Positions 9,696 through 23,708 of a stretch of DNA of 64,000 bases are shown one piece after another; positions within the stretch are counted from its first letter, which is position 1; each line of letters starts with the position of its first letter. Both the position numbers and the translations under genes were made by a program. The stretch is from an uncultured Acidobacteriota bacterium (GTDB taxonomy: Bacteria; Acidobacteriota; Thermoanaerobaculia; Thermoanaerobaculales; Sulfomarinibacteraceae), in NCBI GenBank assembly GCA_963823445.1, contig CAWGLT010000015.1, forward strand, positions 70,520-134,519, in the 5' to 3' direction. The notes under the pieces are model-generated. The model did not search any database. It was not told the origin of the DNA and saw only the letters and a program-made list of their open reading frames with translations.

Positions 9696-9932
9696 CTACT
9701 GCTGCATCCGGGTGAGCGGCTCGGCGACCAAAACCCTGCTGTGGCTCCGTTGTCCTCGAATGATCCACCGGCGGCCCGCATGGTCGAAGCACGATCCGGT
9801 GAGAACCGGTCGGGTCGCGTCGAGGAGAACCACTTCGGCCCGACCTCCGTCATCCGCGATCACGATGGTCTTGCGACGGTCCGGACTCGGCAGCCGCACC
9901 CCGGGGCTCGCGGTCTGTTTGATCTCTCGCAT
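9696..9932 (-). CDS. small hypothetical protein (78 aa)
   Basis: ATG preceded by GGGAGGA about 6 nt upstream. The ORF fills the gap between trmFO and the repeat region. No family recognised with confidence. Confidence 0.5.
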   Translation of the reverse strand: MREIKQTASPGVRLPSPDRRKTIVIADDGGRAEVVLLDATRPVLTGSCFDHAGRRWIIRGQRSHSRVLVAEPLTRMQQ

Positions 9933-10014
9933 GGTTCATCCTCCCGTCGTCCGCGCGTCATCGATATAGACGGTCGAGGGGGCGAAAAAGTTCAAACGTT
10001 CCGGGTGACCAGGA

Positions 10015-11337
10015 TCACACGCGCTCTGCTCCCCATGCGGCGATCGCCTCCAGGGCTCTCTCGGCCTGGGCCATCCGACGTTCGTTCTTGTTTCGAATGG
10101 ACCGCAGCCCGGGCGGGCAGGCGATGAGGCCCCAGGTGATGTTGGCAGGCTGAAAGCCCTCCGGCGCCCGCCCGGTCAGGTGACGGACGAGTCCGCCGAG
10201 CGCGGTCACCGGCGGCGGCGCTTCAAGGTCGCGACCGGCCAATTCGGCTGCCAGGGTCCTTGCGGTCATGAGACCCGTGGCGGCAGACTCGACATAGCCT
10301 TCCACCCCGGTGATCTGACCGGCCAACCGGAGGCCGGGGCGCTTGACGATTCGGAGCCGGGAATCGAGATGCGCCGGCGCATTGATGAAGGTGTTGCGAT
10401 GGATCATTCCGAGCCGGACAAAACGGGCGTCCTCCAAACCGGGCAGGGTTCGAAAGACCCGCTTCTGTTCGGCGTGAGTGAGCTTGGTCTGAAAACCGAC
10501 GATGTTCCAGTACTCGGCGGCGAGGTCGTCCTGTCTCAGTTGAACCACCGCCCAGGGCTGCCGCCCGGTGACGGGATCCACCAACCCTACCGGTTTCATG
10601 GGTCCATAGCGAAGCGTGTCGAGTCCCCGTTCAGCCATGACCTCGACGGGGAGACAGCCTTCGAAATATCGGTAATCCTCGATCTCGAAATCCTCAAACG
10701 CGACCTTCTCGGCAGCGAGCAAATCGGCGACAAACGTCTCGTACTCCTCCCGGTCGAGGGGAATGTTGAGATAGTCATCGCCGCCCTTGCCATAGCGGGA
10801 GGCGCGAAATACCTTCCTGTCGTTGATGGAATCCCGATCCACGATGGGAGCAACGGCGTCGAAGAAGGCGAGTGAACCCTCGCCGAGAAAGAGCTCGAGT
10901 TCGTGGTGAAGCGCGGGGCTTGTCAGGGGCCCGGTGGCGATGATCGCTGGATCGCTGGGCAATTCGGTGATTTCCCGGCGCTCGATGGTGATCAGAGGAT
11001 TCCCCTCGATGGCGGCGGTCACCCCGCCTGAAAAGAGCTCCCGATCGACCGCCAGCGCGCCGCCCGCCGGCACGGCCGATTCCCTCGCGACACGGATGAC
11101 GAGGGAGTCGAGGATCTCCATCTCACGCTTGAGCAGACCCACAGCATTGCTGAGGACATCGCCGCGAAGCGAGTTTGAGCACACGAGCTCGGCGAGCCGG
11201 TTGGTGGTGTGGACCGGGGTTTGCCGGGTGGGGCGCATTTCAACCAACCGCACCCGTAGACCGGCCCGGGCGAGCTGCCATGCGGCCTCGCTCCCGGCAA
11301 GACCTCCGCCAACGACGAGAATTTCTTCGTTCTTCAC
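10015..11337 (-). CDS. trmFO: methylenetetrahydrofolate--tRNA-(uracil54-C5)-methyltransferase TrmFO
   Basis: 440 aa with the N-terminal FAD fold ILVVGGGLAGSEAAWQLA. GidA-related but short, as in TrmFO. Confidence 0.9.
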   Translation of the reverse strand: MKNEEILVVGGGLAGSEAAWQLARAGLRVRLVEMRPTRQTPVHTTNRLAELVCSNSLRGDVLSNAVGLLKREMEILDSLVIRVARESAVPAGGALAVDRELFSGGVTAAIEGNPLITIERREITELPSDPAIIATGPLTSPALHHELELFLGEGSLAFFDAVAPIVDRDSINDRKVFRASRYGKGGDDYLNIPLDREEYETFVADLLAAEKVAFEDFEIEDYRYFEGCLPVEVMAERGLDTLRYGPMKPVGLVDPVTGRQPWAVVQLRQDDLAAEYWNIVGFQTKLTHAEQKRVFRTLPGLEDARFVRLGMIHRNTFINAPAHLDSRLRIVKRPGLRLAGQITGVEGYVESAATGLMTARTLAAELAGRDLEAPPPVTALGGLVRHLTGRAPEGFQPANITWGLIACPPGLRSIRNKNERRMAQAERALEAIAAWGAERV

Positions 11338-11400
11338 GCGCTCGTCACCCTCCTGTGATCAGCCCCCGCGCCTTCCCACACAAGCGATGGCGGTGGTGGT

Positions 11401-12456
11401 CTATTCCTTTGGCAAGATCGGCCGTCTGAGCTGGAAGCTGCCATCTCGGAGGCGTTCCACCTCGCCGCCGAGTTCGAGATCGAGCAGGGCGGAGTGCACC
11501 TCGGGCACCGAAAGGCCCGAGCGCGTCACGAGTTCGTCGGTGGTGAACCGCTCTCCGGCGGAAACGTGCGCCAGCAAGGGGTGGGCGGCGGCCGTCGGCT
11601 CCTCCCCCGGAGGGGCTTCATGTCCGATGGCGTCGAGCACATCTCGAGGGCTGAGCATGGGCCGCGCGCCCAGACACAGCAGGGTGTTGGGGCCGGTCGA
11701 CACCTCCGAGAGGATGCTCCCCGGCACCGCGAGAACTTCGCGGCCCTCATCAAGGGCGAGTCTTGCTGTGATGAGCGCGCCGGATCGGGCGGCAGCCTCA
11801 ACGACGACGACCGCTCGGGCAAGCCCGGCGAGGATCCGGTTTCGCTCGGGAAAATGGTGCGGCCGCGGCGAAGTTCCCGGGAGGTATTCGGTAATAAGCG
11901 CGCCACACGTGGAGATTGTGCCAGCAAGTTCCTTGTGTTCAGGAGGATAGACGTGATCGGGTCCGGCACCCCACACCGCCCAGGTGGGCCCGCCTGCCGC
12001 AATGGCGCCTTCGTGGGCAGCAGCATCGACCCCCCGTGCCATCCCCGACGCAACGACGACCCCGGCCCGGGCGAGCTCCTCTCCCAAGACCCGCGCGACC
12101 TGTTTTCCATAGCTCGTCGCGCGCCTCGAGCCCACCACCGCCACCACCGGCGCCGGACGCAACTCGCCGCGGACAAAGAGCCCGAGCGGAGGGTCCGCGG
12201 TCTGCTCGAGCGCGCTCGGATAACCGGCATCACCGGGCACGAGCCAGCGCCAGCCCTCCCGTTTGACCCACCCGAGAACCCTCGGCACCTCGTCATCGAG
12301 GAAACGAGCGACCTCGGTCTTGAGGGCGGCCGGCGCCTGAGCCCAGAGTTGTCCCTCCCTGCCCTCGTCGCCGGCCACGAGACGCCGAATCTTCTGTCCG
12401 CCTCCGGCAAGAAGGAGGGCAAGACGGAGACGGGGTTGGTGGCTCGGCGTCGCCAT
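11401..12456 (-). CDS. dprA: DNA processing protein DprA (Smf)
   Basis: 351 aa with GYPSALEQTADPPLGLFVRG, VAVVGSRRATSYG and GMARGVDAAAH motifs. Confidence 0.85.
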   Translation of the reverse strand: MATPSHQPRLRLALLLAGGGQKIRRLVAGDEGREGQLWAQAPAALKTEVARFLDDEVPRVLGWVKREGWRWLVPGDAGYPSALEQTADPPLGLFVRGELRPAPVVAVVGSRRATSYGKQVARVLGEELARAGVVVASGMARGVDAAAHEGAIAAGGPTWAVWGAGPDHVYPPEHKELAGTISTCGALITEYLPGTSPRPHHFPERNRILAGLARAVVVVEAAARSGALITARLALDEGREVLAVPGSILSEVSTGPNTLLCLGARPMLSPRDVLDAIGHEAPPGEEPTAAAHPLLAHVSAGERFTTDELVTRSGLSVPEVHSALLDLELGGEVERLRDGSFQLRRPILPKE

Positions 12457-12512
12457 CTCTTCATGGTACCGCCAACCGGCTGTTCGTGTCAGGTCTCAGG
12501 TATACTCGCGGC

Positions 12513-13292
12513 ATGGACTTCAGGGTTTTGGGTAGCTTTGGCGGAGACAGCCCCGAGTGCCGAATGACCTCGTTTCTCGTCGACGGCGCGGTCGTCGTCG
12601 ACGCCGGCGCCATTACCCGCGCCCTGACCATCAGCGAACAGCAGAAGATTCGCCACGTGCTCATCAGTCACACGCACATGGATCACACCGCAACACTGCC
12701 GTTCCTCATCGAGAACATCTTCGGTACCCACCCCGAGCCGGTGTCGATCTATTGTGCAAAACAGGTCATGGGCGCGGTTCGCCGCCATCTCTTCAACAAC
12801 GACACATGGCCGGACTTCACCCGGATTCCGGATCATGTGGAGCCGTCGGTTCGGTTCCAGGAGATCGTCGCCGAGGAGTCGTTCACCATCACCGGCTTAC
12901 CCACCGGCGACCTCGAAATCACCGCGGTTCCGGTCAACCATATCGTCCCGACGACCGCGTTTCTCATCAGCCAGGGCTCGTCCACCGTCATCTTCACCTC
13001 CGACACCGGACCCACCGAGCGGATCTGGCAGGTGGCGAACGAAACGCCGAATCTCAAAGCCCTCATCACCGAGTGCTCGTTCCCGAATCGGATGCAGGCG
13101 GTGGCCGATATCAGCCTCCACCTGACCCCGAAGACCCTTGCCGCTGAATTGAGAAAACTCAACCGCGACATCCCGGTGCTTGTCTATCACTTCAAACCGC
13201 CCTACGTCGAGGAGCTGCGGGCGGAACTCGCCGCCACCGAGATGAACCGCGAGATTGCGGAGTTGGTCCAGGACCGGACCTACACCTTCTGA
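12513..13292 (+). CDS. MBL-fold hydrolase, class II 3',5'-cyclic-nucleotide phosphodiesterase-like
   Basis: Start at the ATG giving MDFRVLGSFGG. Metal motif ISHTHMDH. TATACT lies 7 nt upstream of the ATG. Confidence 0.7.
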   Translation: MDFRVLGSFGGDSPECRMTSFLVDGAVVVDAGAITRALTISEQQKIRHVLISHTHMDHTATLPFLIENIFGTHPEPVSIYCAKQVMGAVRRHLFNNDTWPDFTRIPDHVEPSVRFQEIVAEESFTITGLPTGDLEITAVPVNHIVPTTAFLISQGSSTVIFTSDTGPTERIWQVANETPNLKALITECSFPNRMQAVADISLHLTPKTLAAELRKLNRDIPVLVYHFKPPYVEELRAELAATEMNREIAELVQDRTYTF

Positions 13293-13313
13293 TGAGCCGA
13301 TCGGCTCTCCTCG

Positions 13314-14075
13314 TCAGCCTCCGAGACGCTCAACCAATCCGCTGATCCGCTGCTGGGCTTCCGGTGTGAACCAACAGTCGAGAAAAGTCTCGTCGTCGTC
13401 GGGATTCAGCCGGGACATCCGGCCCCAACTCTCTCCGAGGAGAAACCGTTTGGTGGCGGCAAAGGCATCCTTCGGTTTGGCGGCGAGACGGGCGAGTTCA
13501 CGCTCGGCCTCGGCAAGCACGGTATCCGGTTCGGCCGTCCGGTACACGATCCCCAGCTTCTTCGCCCGTTCAGCATTGCACCCGTCGCCACCTACCACGA
13601 GTTCCTCGACCACGTTCGCGGCCAGCCGCTCCCGGAGCATCATCAGGCTCGACGCCGGAACCGGAACCCCGAGGTTGAGTTCGGAGAGCCCAATCCTGGG
13701 TCGGCCGGTCGCCATGATTCTCAGATCGCAGCACAGAGCCAGGAGACAGCCTCCGGCCACGGCGTGGCCGGTGATCGCCGTCCCGGTCGGACCGGGATAG
13801 CTGAAGAGATCGAAGATCAAACGGTTGAATCGATCGAGGGCCACGGCGACTTCTTCCCGTTCAGCGCCAACGAGGTCCTTGAGGTCCCAACCGGGGCAGT
13901 AGAGGATTTCGTGCGACGATCTCAACAGGACCGGCGGAGCCCCTCCCTCGCGGAGCTCGGCAAGCGCGCCGGATAACGCATCCATGAGGTGCGCGTTGAG
14001 CGCGTTCGGCCCGTCGTTCATCACCAGATGGTGGATCCCGTTGGTTTCTTCTCGAAGCAGCGTCTCAACGGTCAT
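13314..14075 (-). CDS. enoyl-CoA hydratase/isomerase (crotonase) family protein
   Basis: 253 aa with the crotonase-fold core (GHAVAGGCLLALCCDLRI). Confidence 0.8.
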   Translation of the reverse strand: MTVETLLREETNGIHHLVMNDGPNALNAHLMDALSGALAELREGGAPPVLLRSSHEILYCPGWDLKDLVGAEREEVAVALDRFNRLIFDLFSYPGPTGTAITGHAVAGGCLLALCCDLRIMATGRPRIGLSELNLGVPVPASSLMMLRERLAANVVEELVVGGDGCNAERAKKLGIVYRTAEPDTVLAEAERELARLAAKPKDAFAATKRFLLGESWGRMSRLNPDDDETFLDCWFTPEAQQRISGLVERLGG

Positions 14076-14646
14076 GGCCAGCCTCCCCGTTCACCAGGAG
14101 ACGGTGAACTCGATGGTCGTCGGTCAATTCGGGATGGAACGTGGCGGCGATGATGCCGCCCTGCCGGATGAGGACCGGATCGCCGCCGAGGCGGCCGAGG
14201 ACTCGCACATCGGGTCCTATTCGGGTGATCCTCGGAGCTCGGATGAAGACGCCTTCGATCACCGCCGACCCACCGAGTGCCGCGGTGAGTTCGACTGCGG
14301 CAACCCGCGAATGAACCTGGCGGCCATAGGCGTTTCGCTCGACCTCGATATCGAGCAGGCCCAGACTCGGCTGCGCCGGCCGGGTCGCAGCCGCGAGCAG
14401 GATGACCCCGGCGCAGGTGGCGAGCACAGGCATCCCGTTTCGCACCCGGTGGGCGATCTTCTCAGCGAGCCGGTCGGGCTCCATCAACCGAAGCATCGCT
14501 GTGGACTCGCCGCCCGGGAGGACGAGGGCATCGACGGTTTCGAGCTCAGCCGCGGTGCGAACGAACACGGTGTCGATCTTGAGTTTGTCGAGCACCGCGG
14601 CATGGGCCGCCCAGTCCCCCTGCAAAGCCAGGACGCCGCAGCGCAT
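14065..14646 (-). CDS. pdxT: pyridoxal 5'-phosphate synthase glutaminase subunit PdxT
   Basis: Start at the internal ATG ([11 protein letters not shown]), which overlaps the pdxS stop by 1 nt. LPGGESTAM, catalytic ATCAG and FHPE motifs are present. Confidence 0.85.
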   Translation of the reverse strand: MRCGVLALQGDWAAHAAVLDKLKIDTVFVRTAAELETVDALVLPGGESTAMLRLMEPDRLAEKIAHRVRNGMPVLATCAGVILLAAATRPAQPSLGLLDIEVERNAYGRQVHSRVAAVELTAALGGSAVIEGVFIRAPRITRIGPDVRVLGRLGGDPVLIRQGGIIAATFHPELTDDHRVHRLLVNGEAGHDR

Positions 14647-15536
14647 CACCACCCTCGACGGGACAGCATTTCCTCTGAGGTGAGCTTGCCGACTTCGAGA
14701 CCCGACATGGCGTCCTGGAGATTGCGCGAAATCTCCACGAGCTTGGCCGGGTCCTGCCAATGCGTCACCGCATCGACGATGGCCTTGGCTCGCGGCGCCG
14801 GGTCGGATGACTTGAACACGCCCGATCCGACAAAGACCGCTTCCGCACCCAGGGTCATGCACAGCGCGGCATCGGCGGGGGTGGCAATTCCGCCGGCCGC
14901 GAAATTGGGCACCGGCAGCCGTTTGTGTTCGGCGACCCAGGTCACAAGCTCGTAAGGTGCGCCGAGGTTCTTGGCTTCGGCCATGAGTTCGTGTTCGTCG
15001 AGGATGCCGAGGGTTTTGATGCCGCGTTGAACCGCACGGAGATGACGCACGGCCTCGACGATGTCGCCGGATCCCGCCTCGCCTTTCGTCCGCATCATCG
15101 CGGCGCCCTCACCGATCCGCCGCAGCGCCTCGCCGAGGTTGCGGCAACCACAGACAAAAGGCACCTTGAAACCATGTTTGTTGACGTGGTTCTCCTCGTC
15201 GGCCGGGGTCAGGACCTCGCTTTCATCGATGAAGTCCACCTCGAGGGCTTCGAGCATCCGTGCTTCGGTGATGTGACCGATGCGGATCTTGGCCATCACG
15301 GGGATCGAAACACAGCTCTGAATCTCGGTGATCTTCTCAATGGCCGCCATCCGGGCAACCCCGCCCTGAACACGAATGTCGGCGGGCACGCGCTCGAGGG
15401 CCATGACCGCGGCGGCGCCGGCATCCTCGGCAATCTTTGCCTGCTCGGCGGTGGTGACATCGAGGATGACTCCACCCTTGAGCATCTCCGCCAATCCTAC
15501 CTTGACACGAAATCGATTCTCGGCACTTTCCATCAT
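14646..15536 (-). CDS. pdxS: pyridoxal 5'-phosphate synthase lyase subunit PdxS
   Basis: Start placed at [44 protein letters not shown] is highly PdxS-like. Confidence 0.9.
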   Translation of the reverse strand: MMESAENRFRVKVGLAEMLKGGVILDVTTAEQAKIAEDAGAAAVMALERVPADIRVQGGVARMAAIEKITEIQSCVSIPVMAKIRIGHITEARMLEALEVDFIDESEVLTPADEENHVNKHGFKVPFVCGCRNLGEALRRIGEGAAMMRTKGEAGSGDIVEAVRHLRAVQRGIKTLGILDEHELMAEAKNLGAPYELVTWVAEHKRLPVPNFAAGGIATPADAALCMTLGAEAVFVGSGVFKSSDPAPRAKAIVDAVTHWQDPAKLVEISRNLQDAMSGLEVGKLTSEEMLSRRGW

Positions 15537-15616
15537 GACCTCCGGGGCCGCACACGCAGCCGCCGGTATTGTACACAGCGGTGCCTGATTTGGGGTTGCT
15601 GGCAGACCCCGGGTTC

Positions 15617-16168
15617 TCACCAGGGTTCGTCACCGGCCCTCCGCAACCTGAGAAGAGCCACCGCATTGATCACGACATGGGCCGCGGCCGCGGCCGGGTA
15701 ACCCCAGACCGCAAAGAGACCCCCGAGGAGAAGCCCGCTGAGGAGGGCAAAGACCGGCCAGAACCAGAGCCGTTTGTCGGGAATGAAGTGAAGGACCGCA
15801 AAAAGGACGGCCGCCGGCACGAGACCGATGACCGGCTGGAGAAAGGCCCGCAACATCGCCTCTTCCGCAAGTCCGGAGACCAATGCCACCGCGACTGCGT
15901 CGGTGACGGTCCACCGCGAGACCACCCCCCGTTGCCACGCCTCGAGACGCTCGAGCGCCGGGGCCTTGCGCAGCAAGAACAACAGGCCGACGCTGGCCGC
16001 CCCGGCCGCGACACCGCCGGCGATGGAACCGAGGAGCGTGGTTGTCGGCGCCAGCGACTCGAGAACACCCCTGTCACCAAACGACAGCCCGATCACCGCG
16101 ATCAAGGCGAGAACGCCTTCCTGGTGAATGAGCGCCACCGCGCGAATCTCGGGCGGGTCGGTCACCAC
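15617..16168 (-). CDS. CPBP family intramembrane glutamic endopeptidase (CAAX protease-like)
   Basis: [11 protein letters not shown] and FAVLHF motifs in a polytopic membrane protein. I chose a GTG start just downstream of the gyrA stop. The long ORF to 16363 overlaps gyrA, so the start is uncertain. Confidence 0.6.
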   Translation of the reverse strand: MVTDPPEIRAVALIHQEGVLALIAVIGLSFGDRGVLESLAPTTTLLGSIAGGVAAGAASVGLLFLLRKAPALERLEAWQRGVVSRWTVTDAVAVALVSGLAEEAMLRAFLQPVIGLVPAAVLFAVLHFIPDKRLWFWPVFALLSGLLLGGLFAVWGYPAAAAAHVVINAVALLRLRRAGDEPW

Positions 16169-16187
16169 CTCGGCTCCCGGGGGGCGA

Positions 16188-18812
16188 TCAGCTCTCCGCG
16201 CCGGGATCTTCGGTGCCGTCCTCGAAGTCGTCCTCGAGACCTTCGGCGCCGTCGTTTTCGGACGCCTCGTCGGTCGCGGGCTCGACCGCACCGCCCGCCG
16301 GGTCTTCACCGATTTGACTCTCGTCGAACTCGGCGCCGTCAGCGTCGTCGTCGTCGTCAACATTGTCGGCGCCGGCCACCGCGACCGAGACCACGCGGTC
16401 GCCCTCGTCGAGGCGAATGAGACGCACCCCCTGGGTGGCCCTGCCGATGCGGCGGATCTCGGCGATGTTCATCCGGATGAGAATCCCGCCCTCGGTCACG
16501 ATCAGGAGTTGTTCATCCTCGTGGACGTGGTGCATTCCGATGACGTTGCCGTTCTTTTTGGTGAGCTTGATGAGCGCCACGCCGTATCCGCCCCGGCCCT
16601 GGAGCCGGAACTCGGACACCGCCGTTCGTTTGCCGAACCCGAGATCCGTGACGACGAGGATGTCGTGGTCGTCCTCGGGATCGACGATGGCGACCTCTTC
16701 GACAAAGTCGTTCTTGCGGAGGTTGATCCCACGCACGCCGGCCGTGACCCGACCCATGGAGCGGGCGTCGCTTTCGGAAAAGCGGATCCCCATTCCCTGG
16801 TGGGTGCCCATGAAGACCTGGCTGGCGCCGTCGGTGAGCTGCACCGACAGGAGATCATCGCCCTCGTTGATGACCACGGCCCGCAGACCGTTCGATCGGA
16901 TGTTGGAGTAGTCTTTGAGCGGGGTTCGTTTCACCCGACCCATGCGGGTCGCGAAGAAGAGGAACGAATCCGGGTGATCCGAGAAGTCCCTGATCGCGAG
17001 CAACGCAGCGACCCTCTCGCCGCTGTCGAGCTGGAGGAGGTTGACGAGGGCCCGCCCCCTTGCCGCCGGGCCGATGTCGGGGAGCTCATGGACCTTGCGG
17101 GTGAAGACCCGGCCCGATGACGTGAAGAAAAGCATCGTCGCGTGGGTTGACGCGACAAAGAGCTTCCAGACCAGATCCTCGGATTTGGTGGCCATCCCGC
17201 GCCGACCGCGGCCGCCGCGGCGTTGGGCGCGATAGACCGAGACCGCCGATCGTTTGATATAGCCGTCGCGGGACACGGTGATGACCATGTCCTCCTCGGC
17301 GATGAGGTCCTCGATGGACAGATCGCCGAGATCTGCGACGATCTCGGTCCGGCGTTCATCGCCGTACTTCGAGCGGATTTCGGTGAGCTCGTCGACGACG
17401 ATGTCGGCCACCATCGCCTCGGAACCGAGAATCGCCTCGAGGTGCGAAATGGTCTTCTTGAGTTCGGCATACTCCTCGATGATCTTGTCACGCTCGAGAC
17501 CGGTGAGCCGCTGCAGCCGCATGTCGAGAATCGCCTGGGACTGCAGCGCGGAGAGATCGAATGCATCCATGAGGCCGGTCTTCGCCGTCACCGGATCCGC
17601 CGCGGCGCGGATGAGCTTGATGACCTCGTCGAGGTGGTCGAGGGCGATGACGAGACCTTCGAGGATGTGGGCTCTCTCGAGGGCGCGGGCGAGATCGAAT
17701 CGGGTGCGCCGGACCACCACTTCCTTGCGGTGCTCGATGAAGTGTTGGAGGAGCTCCTTGAGATTGAAGATCTTGGGCTGGTTGTTCAGGACTCCGAGGA
17801 GGATGATCCCGAAGGTGGTCTGCATCTGGGTGAGCTTGAAAAGGTTGTTGAGCACCACCTCGGGGATGGCGTCGCGCTTGAGCTCGATCTTCATCCGGAT
17901 GCCGTCGCGGTCGGACTCGTCGCGGAGATCGGCGATGCCTTCGAGGCGCTTGGCCTGGACGAGATTGGCGATCTGCTCGACGAGGCGGGCCTTGTTGACC
18001 TGGTAGGGCAGCTCTTTGACGATGATCGCCGCACGCTTACCCTTTTCGGCTTCCTTGATGATGGCTCGCGCTCGCATCTGAATGATGCCGCGGCCGGTGG
18101 TGTAGGCGTCACGGATCCCCTTGAGGCCGTGGATGAAGCCGGCGGTGGGGAAGTCGGGACCCGGTACGATCTCGAGCAATTTCTCGATCCCGATATTCGG
18201 TTCGCGGACGACGGCGATGGTGGCGTCGATGATCTCGCTGAGATTGTGCGGTGGAATATTGGTGGCCATTCCCACCGCGATCCCCGCCGAACCGTTGACC
18301 AGCAGATTGGGAAACCGTGCCGGAAGGACCGTCGGCTCGCTCATGGAGCCGTCGTAGTTGGGCGCCCAGTCAACGGTCTCCTTCGTGATGTCGTCGCCGA
18401 GCAACTCCTCGGCGAGCCGGGTGAGGCGGACCTCGGTGTAGCGCATGGCCGCGGCTGAATCGCCGTCCACCGATCCGAAGTTGCCCTGTCCGTCGACCAG
18501 GGTGTAGCGCATGGAGAAATCCTGCGCCATCCGAACCGCGGTGTCATAGATCGCCTGATCGCCGTGGGGATGGTACTTACCCATCACATCGCCGACGATA
18601 CGCGCAGATTTTCGATAGGCCTTCGAGGCGGTGCTGCCGCCCTCGAGCATCCCGTAGAGGATCCGTCGGTGGACCGGCTTGAGCCCGTCTCGAACATCGG
18701 GCAGGGCGCGACCGATGATCACCGACATGGCATAGTCGAGATAGGAGCTTCGAAGCTCCTCTTCGATGGTGATCGGGATGCGATCGCCTTCGGGTGCCTT
18801 GTTCTCGCTCAT
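16188..18812 (-). CDS. gyrA: DNA gyrase subunit A
   Basis: 874 aa with [27 protein letters not shown], active-site AAAMRYTE, a C-terminal beta-pinwheel and an acidic tail. Confidence 0.95.
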   Translation of the reverse strand: MSENKAPEGDRIPITIEEELRSSYLDYAMSVIIGRALPDVRDGLKPVHRRILYGMLEGGSTASKAYRKSARIVGDVMGKYHPHGDQAIYDTAVRMAQDFSMRYTLVDGQGNFGSVDGDSAAAMRYTEVRLTRLAEELLGDDITKETVDWAPNYDGSMSEPTVLPARFPNLLVNGSAGIAVGMATNIPPHNLSEIIDATIAVVREPNIGIEKLLEIVPGPDFPTAGFIHGLKGIRDAYTTGRGIIQMRARAIIKEAEKGKRAAIIVKELPYQVNKARLVEQIANLVQAKRLEGIADLRDESDRDGIRMKIELKRDAIPEVVLNNLFKLTQMQTTFGIILLGVLNNQPKIFNLKELLQHFIEHRKEVVVRRTRFDLARALERAHILEGLVIALDHLDEVIKLIRAAADPVTAKTGLMDAFDLSALQSQAILDMRLQRLTGLERDKIIEEYAELKKTISHLEAILGSEAMVADIVVDELTEIRSKYGDERRTEIVADLGDLSIEDLIAEEDMVITVSRDGYIKRSAVSVYRAQRRGGRGRRGMATKSEDLVWKLFVASTHATMLFFTSSGRVFTRKVHELPDIGPAARGRALVNLLQLDSGERVAALLAIRDFSDHPDSFLFFATRMGRVKRTPLKDYSNIRSNGLRAVVINEGDDLLSVQLTDGASQVFMGTHQGMGIRFSESDARSMGRVTAGVRGINLRKNDFVEEVAIVDPEDDHDILVVTDLGFGKRTAVSEFRLQGRGGYGVALIKLTKKNGNVIGMHHVHEDEQLLIVTEGGILIRMNIAEIRRIGRATQGVRLIRLDEGDRVVSVAVAGADNVDDDDDADGAEFDESQIGEDPAGGAVEPATDEASENDGAEGLEDDFEDGTEDPGAES

Positions 18813-22323
<3,511 letters not shown>

Positions 22324-22370
22324 CGGTCACCTACGCTTGAGACGGAATGGGTTCACCGAGCTCGTCGGAG

Positions 22371-23477
22371 CTACAACCTCATGGGCATGAGGACGTAGAT
22401 GTACTCCTCGAGCCGCGGATCGTCATCGACCGGAACCAAGACGCACTGGGTGTTTCCGTCTTTGAGTTGGAGTTCCACCAGCGGACATTCGAGGGTCTGC
22501 AGGACGTCGATGACGTACTGGGCGTTGAGGGCGATTTCCATGCCGTCACCCTGGTAGCTGACAGAGAGTGTTTCCTCCGCGCTGCCGCGCTCGTAGCCGA
22601 TGGACAACAGGGTGAGTTCACCCGATGGATCAAAACGAAATCGAACCCCTCGCGCCTTCTCGTGAGCCATCAGACTCACCCGACGCAGAGATGCCAAGAA
22701 TTCCTTGCGATCCACTCGCGCTCGAGATGGGTTGTCCCGCACGATGACCCGCTCATACTGCGGGAATCGGAGCTCGACGATCCGCGACACCAGGGTCCGT
22801 TCACCCATCCGGAAGCCGAGATGGTTCTCGCTGGCCGACAGCTCGACGTTCTCGTCCCCGAAGCGGGCGAATTCGGTCAGAAGCTTGCGCGGGAAGAGTT
22901 GCTGCTCGAAGGGGGGCTGACCATCAGGGGCGTTGGCTCGAACCACCGACAGACGATGGCCATCGGTTGCAGCGATCTCAATTTCCCCGGGTAGAAGTTT
23001 CACCAGGGCGCCGTTGAGCTGAAACTTCGGATCGTCCTTGGTAATGGAAAAGGCGACTCGATCGAGCATCAACTGAAAAAGATCCAACGGCAGCGAATAC
23101 TCTCCATTCGGCGGGACATCCGGAATGGTGGGATACTCCGAGGGGTCAGCCACAGCCATTCGCGACTTGAACCGGCCGCTGGTGATCTCGACCGAGTCTC
23201 CGTCGAGCCGAAGGCTGAACTCCTCCTCCGGGAGATTTCGCACGAGTCCTTGAAAAACCCGGCTTTCGAGGGTCACCCGTCCGCCGCCGTGAACCACGGC
23301 GGGACAGTCGGTCATGATCGTCATGTCGAGATCCGTCGCGATCATTCGAAGACGCGCGTCGGCGGTTTCAGCGAGGATGCTGGAAAGAATCGGGATCGTC
23401 GTTCGGTGCTCGACGACCCCCTGGAGAATAGAAAGCTCCTGAAGCACCAGGTTTCGCTGCAGTTTCAGTTCCATCAA
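22371..23477 (-). CDS. dnaN: DNA polymerase III beta sliding clamp
   Basis: 368 aa, three-domain clamp length, C-terminal VLMPMRL, positioned between dnaA and recF. Confidence 0.95.
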   Translation of the reverse strand: MMELKLQRNLVLQELSILQGVVEHRTTIPILSSILAETADARLRMIATDLDMTIMTDCPAVVHGGGRVTLESRVFQGLVRNLPEEEFSLRLDGDSVEITSGRFKSRMAVADPSEYPTIPDVPPNGEYSLPLDLFQLMLDRVAFSITKDDPKFQLNGALVKLLPGEIEIAATDGHRLSVVRANAPDGQPPFEQQLFPRKLLTEFARFGDENVELSASENHLGFRMGERTLVSRIVELRFPQYERVIVRDNPSRARVDRKEFLASLRRVSLMAHEKARGVRFRFDPSGELTLLSIGYERGSAEETLSVSYQGDGMEIALNAQYVIDVLQTLECPLVELQLKDGNTQCVLVPVDDDPRLEEYIYVLMPMRL

Positions 23478-23708
23478 CGCGCCTTTCGACGAAGACTAAG
23501 TATCTAGCAGATGGAAATATAGCATAGTAGATCATCACCGTCGAGACGGTGGAAAATGCGGAAAACAGCGTCAAAATCAGACAACAAAAGGGGATCCCTC
23601 GACTCCCCATCTGTGGATGATTTGTGGGAAGCTGTGGATTCCACAACCATTCCGCAGAGTTCCACATATCCGGTGTTCAGGCTTGTGGAAAACCCGGACG
23701 ACGGTGGG
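23478..23708. other. oriC: probable chromosomal replication origin (oriC) in the dnaA-dnaN spacer
   Basis: 231-nt spacer holding an AT-rich tract (23491-23600) and a cluster of DnaA-box-like 9-mers (23612-23692). Confidence 0.65.
23612..23692. promoter_or_regulatory. cluster of DnaA-box-like sites
   Basis: TGTGGATGA (23612), TGTGGGAA (23623), TGTGGATT-CCACA inverted pair (23633-23645), TTCCACA (23660), TGTGGAAAA (23684). All resemble TTATCCACA or its complement. Confidence 0.6.

Noticed and set aside
13294-13307. Perfect 14-nt palindrome GAGCCGATCGGCTC between the convergent MBL and crotonase genes, considered as a bidirectional terminator.
   Set aside because: The stem is short, there is no loop of reasonable size and no U-tract on either strand. 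That is too weak to call.
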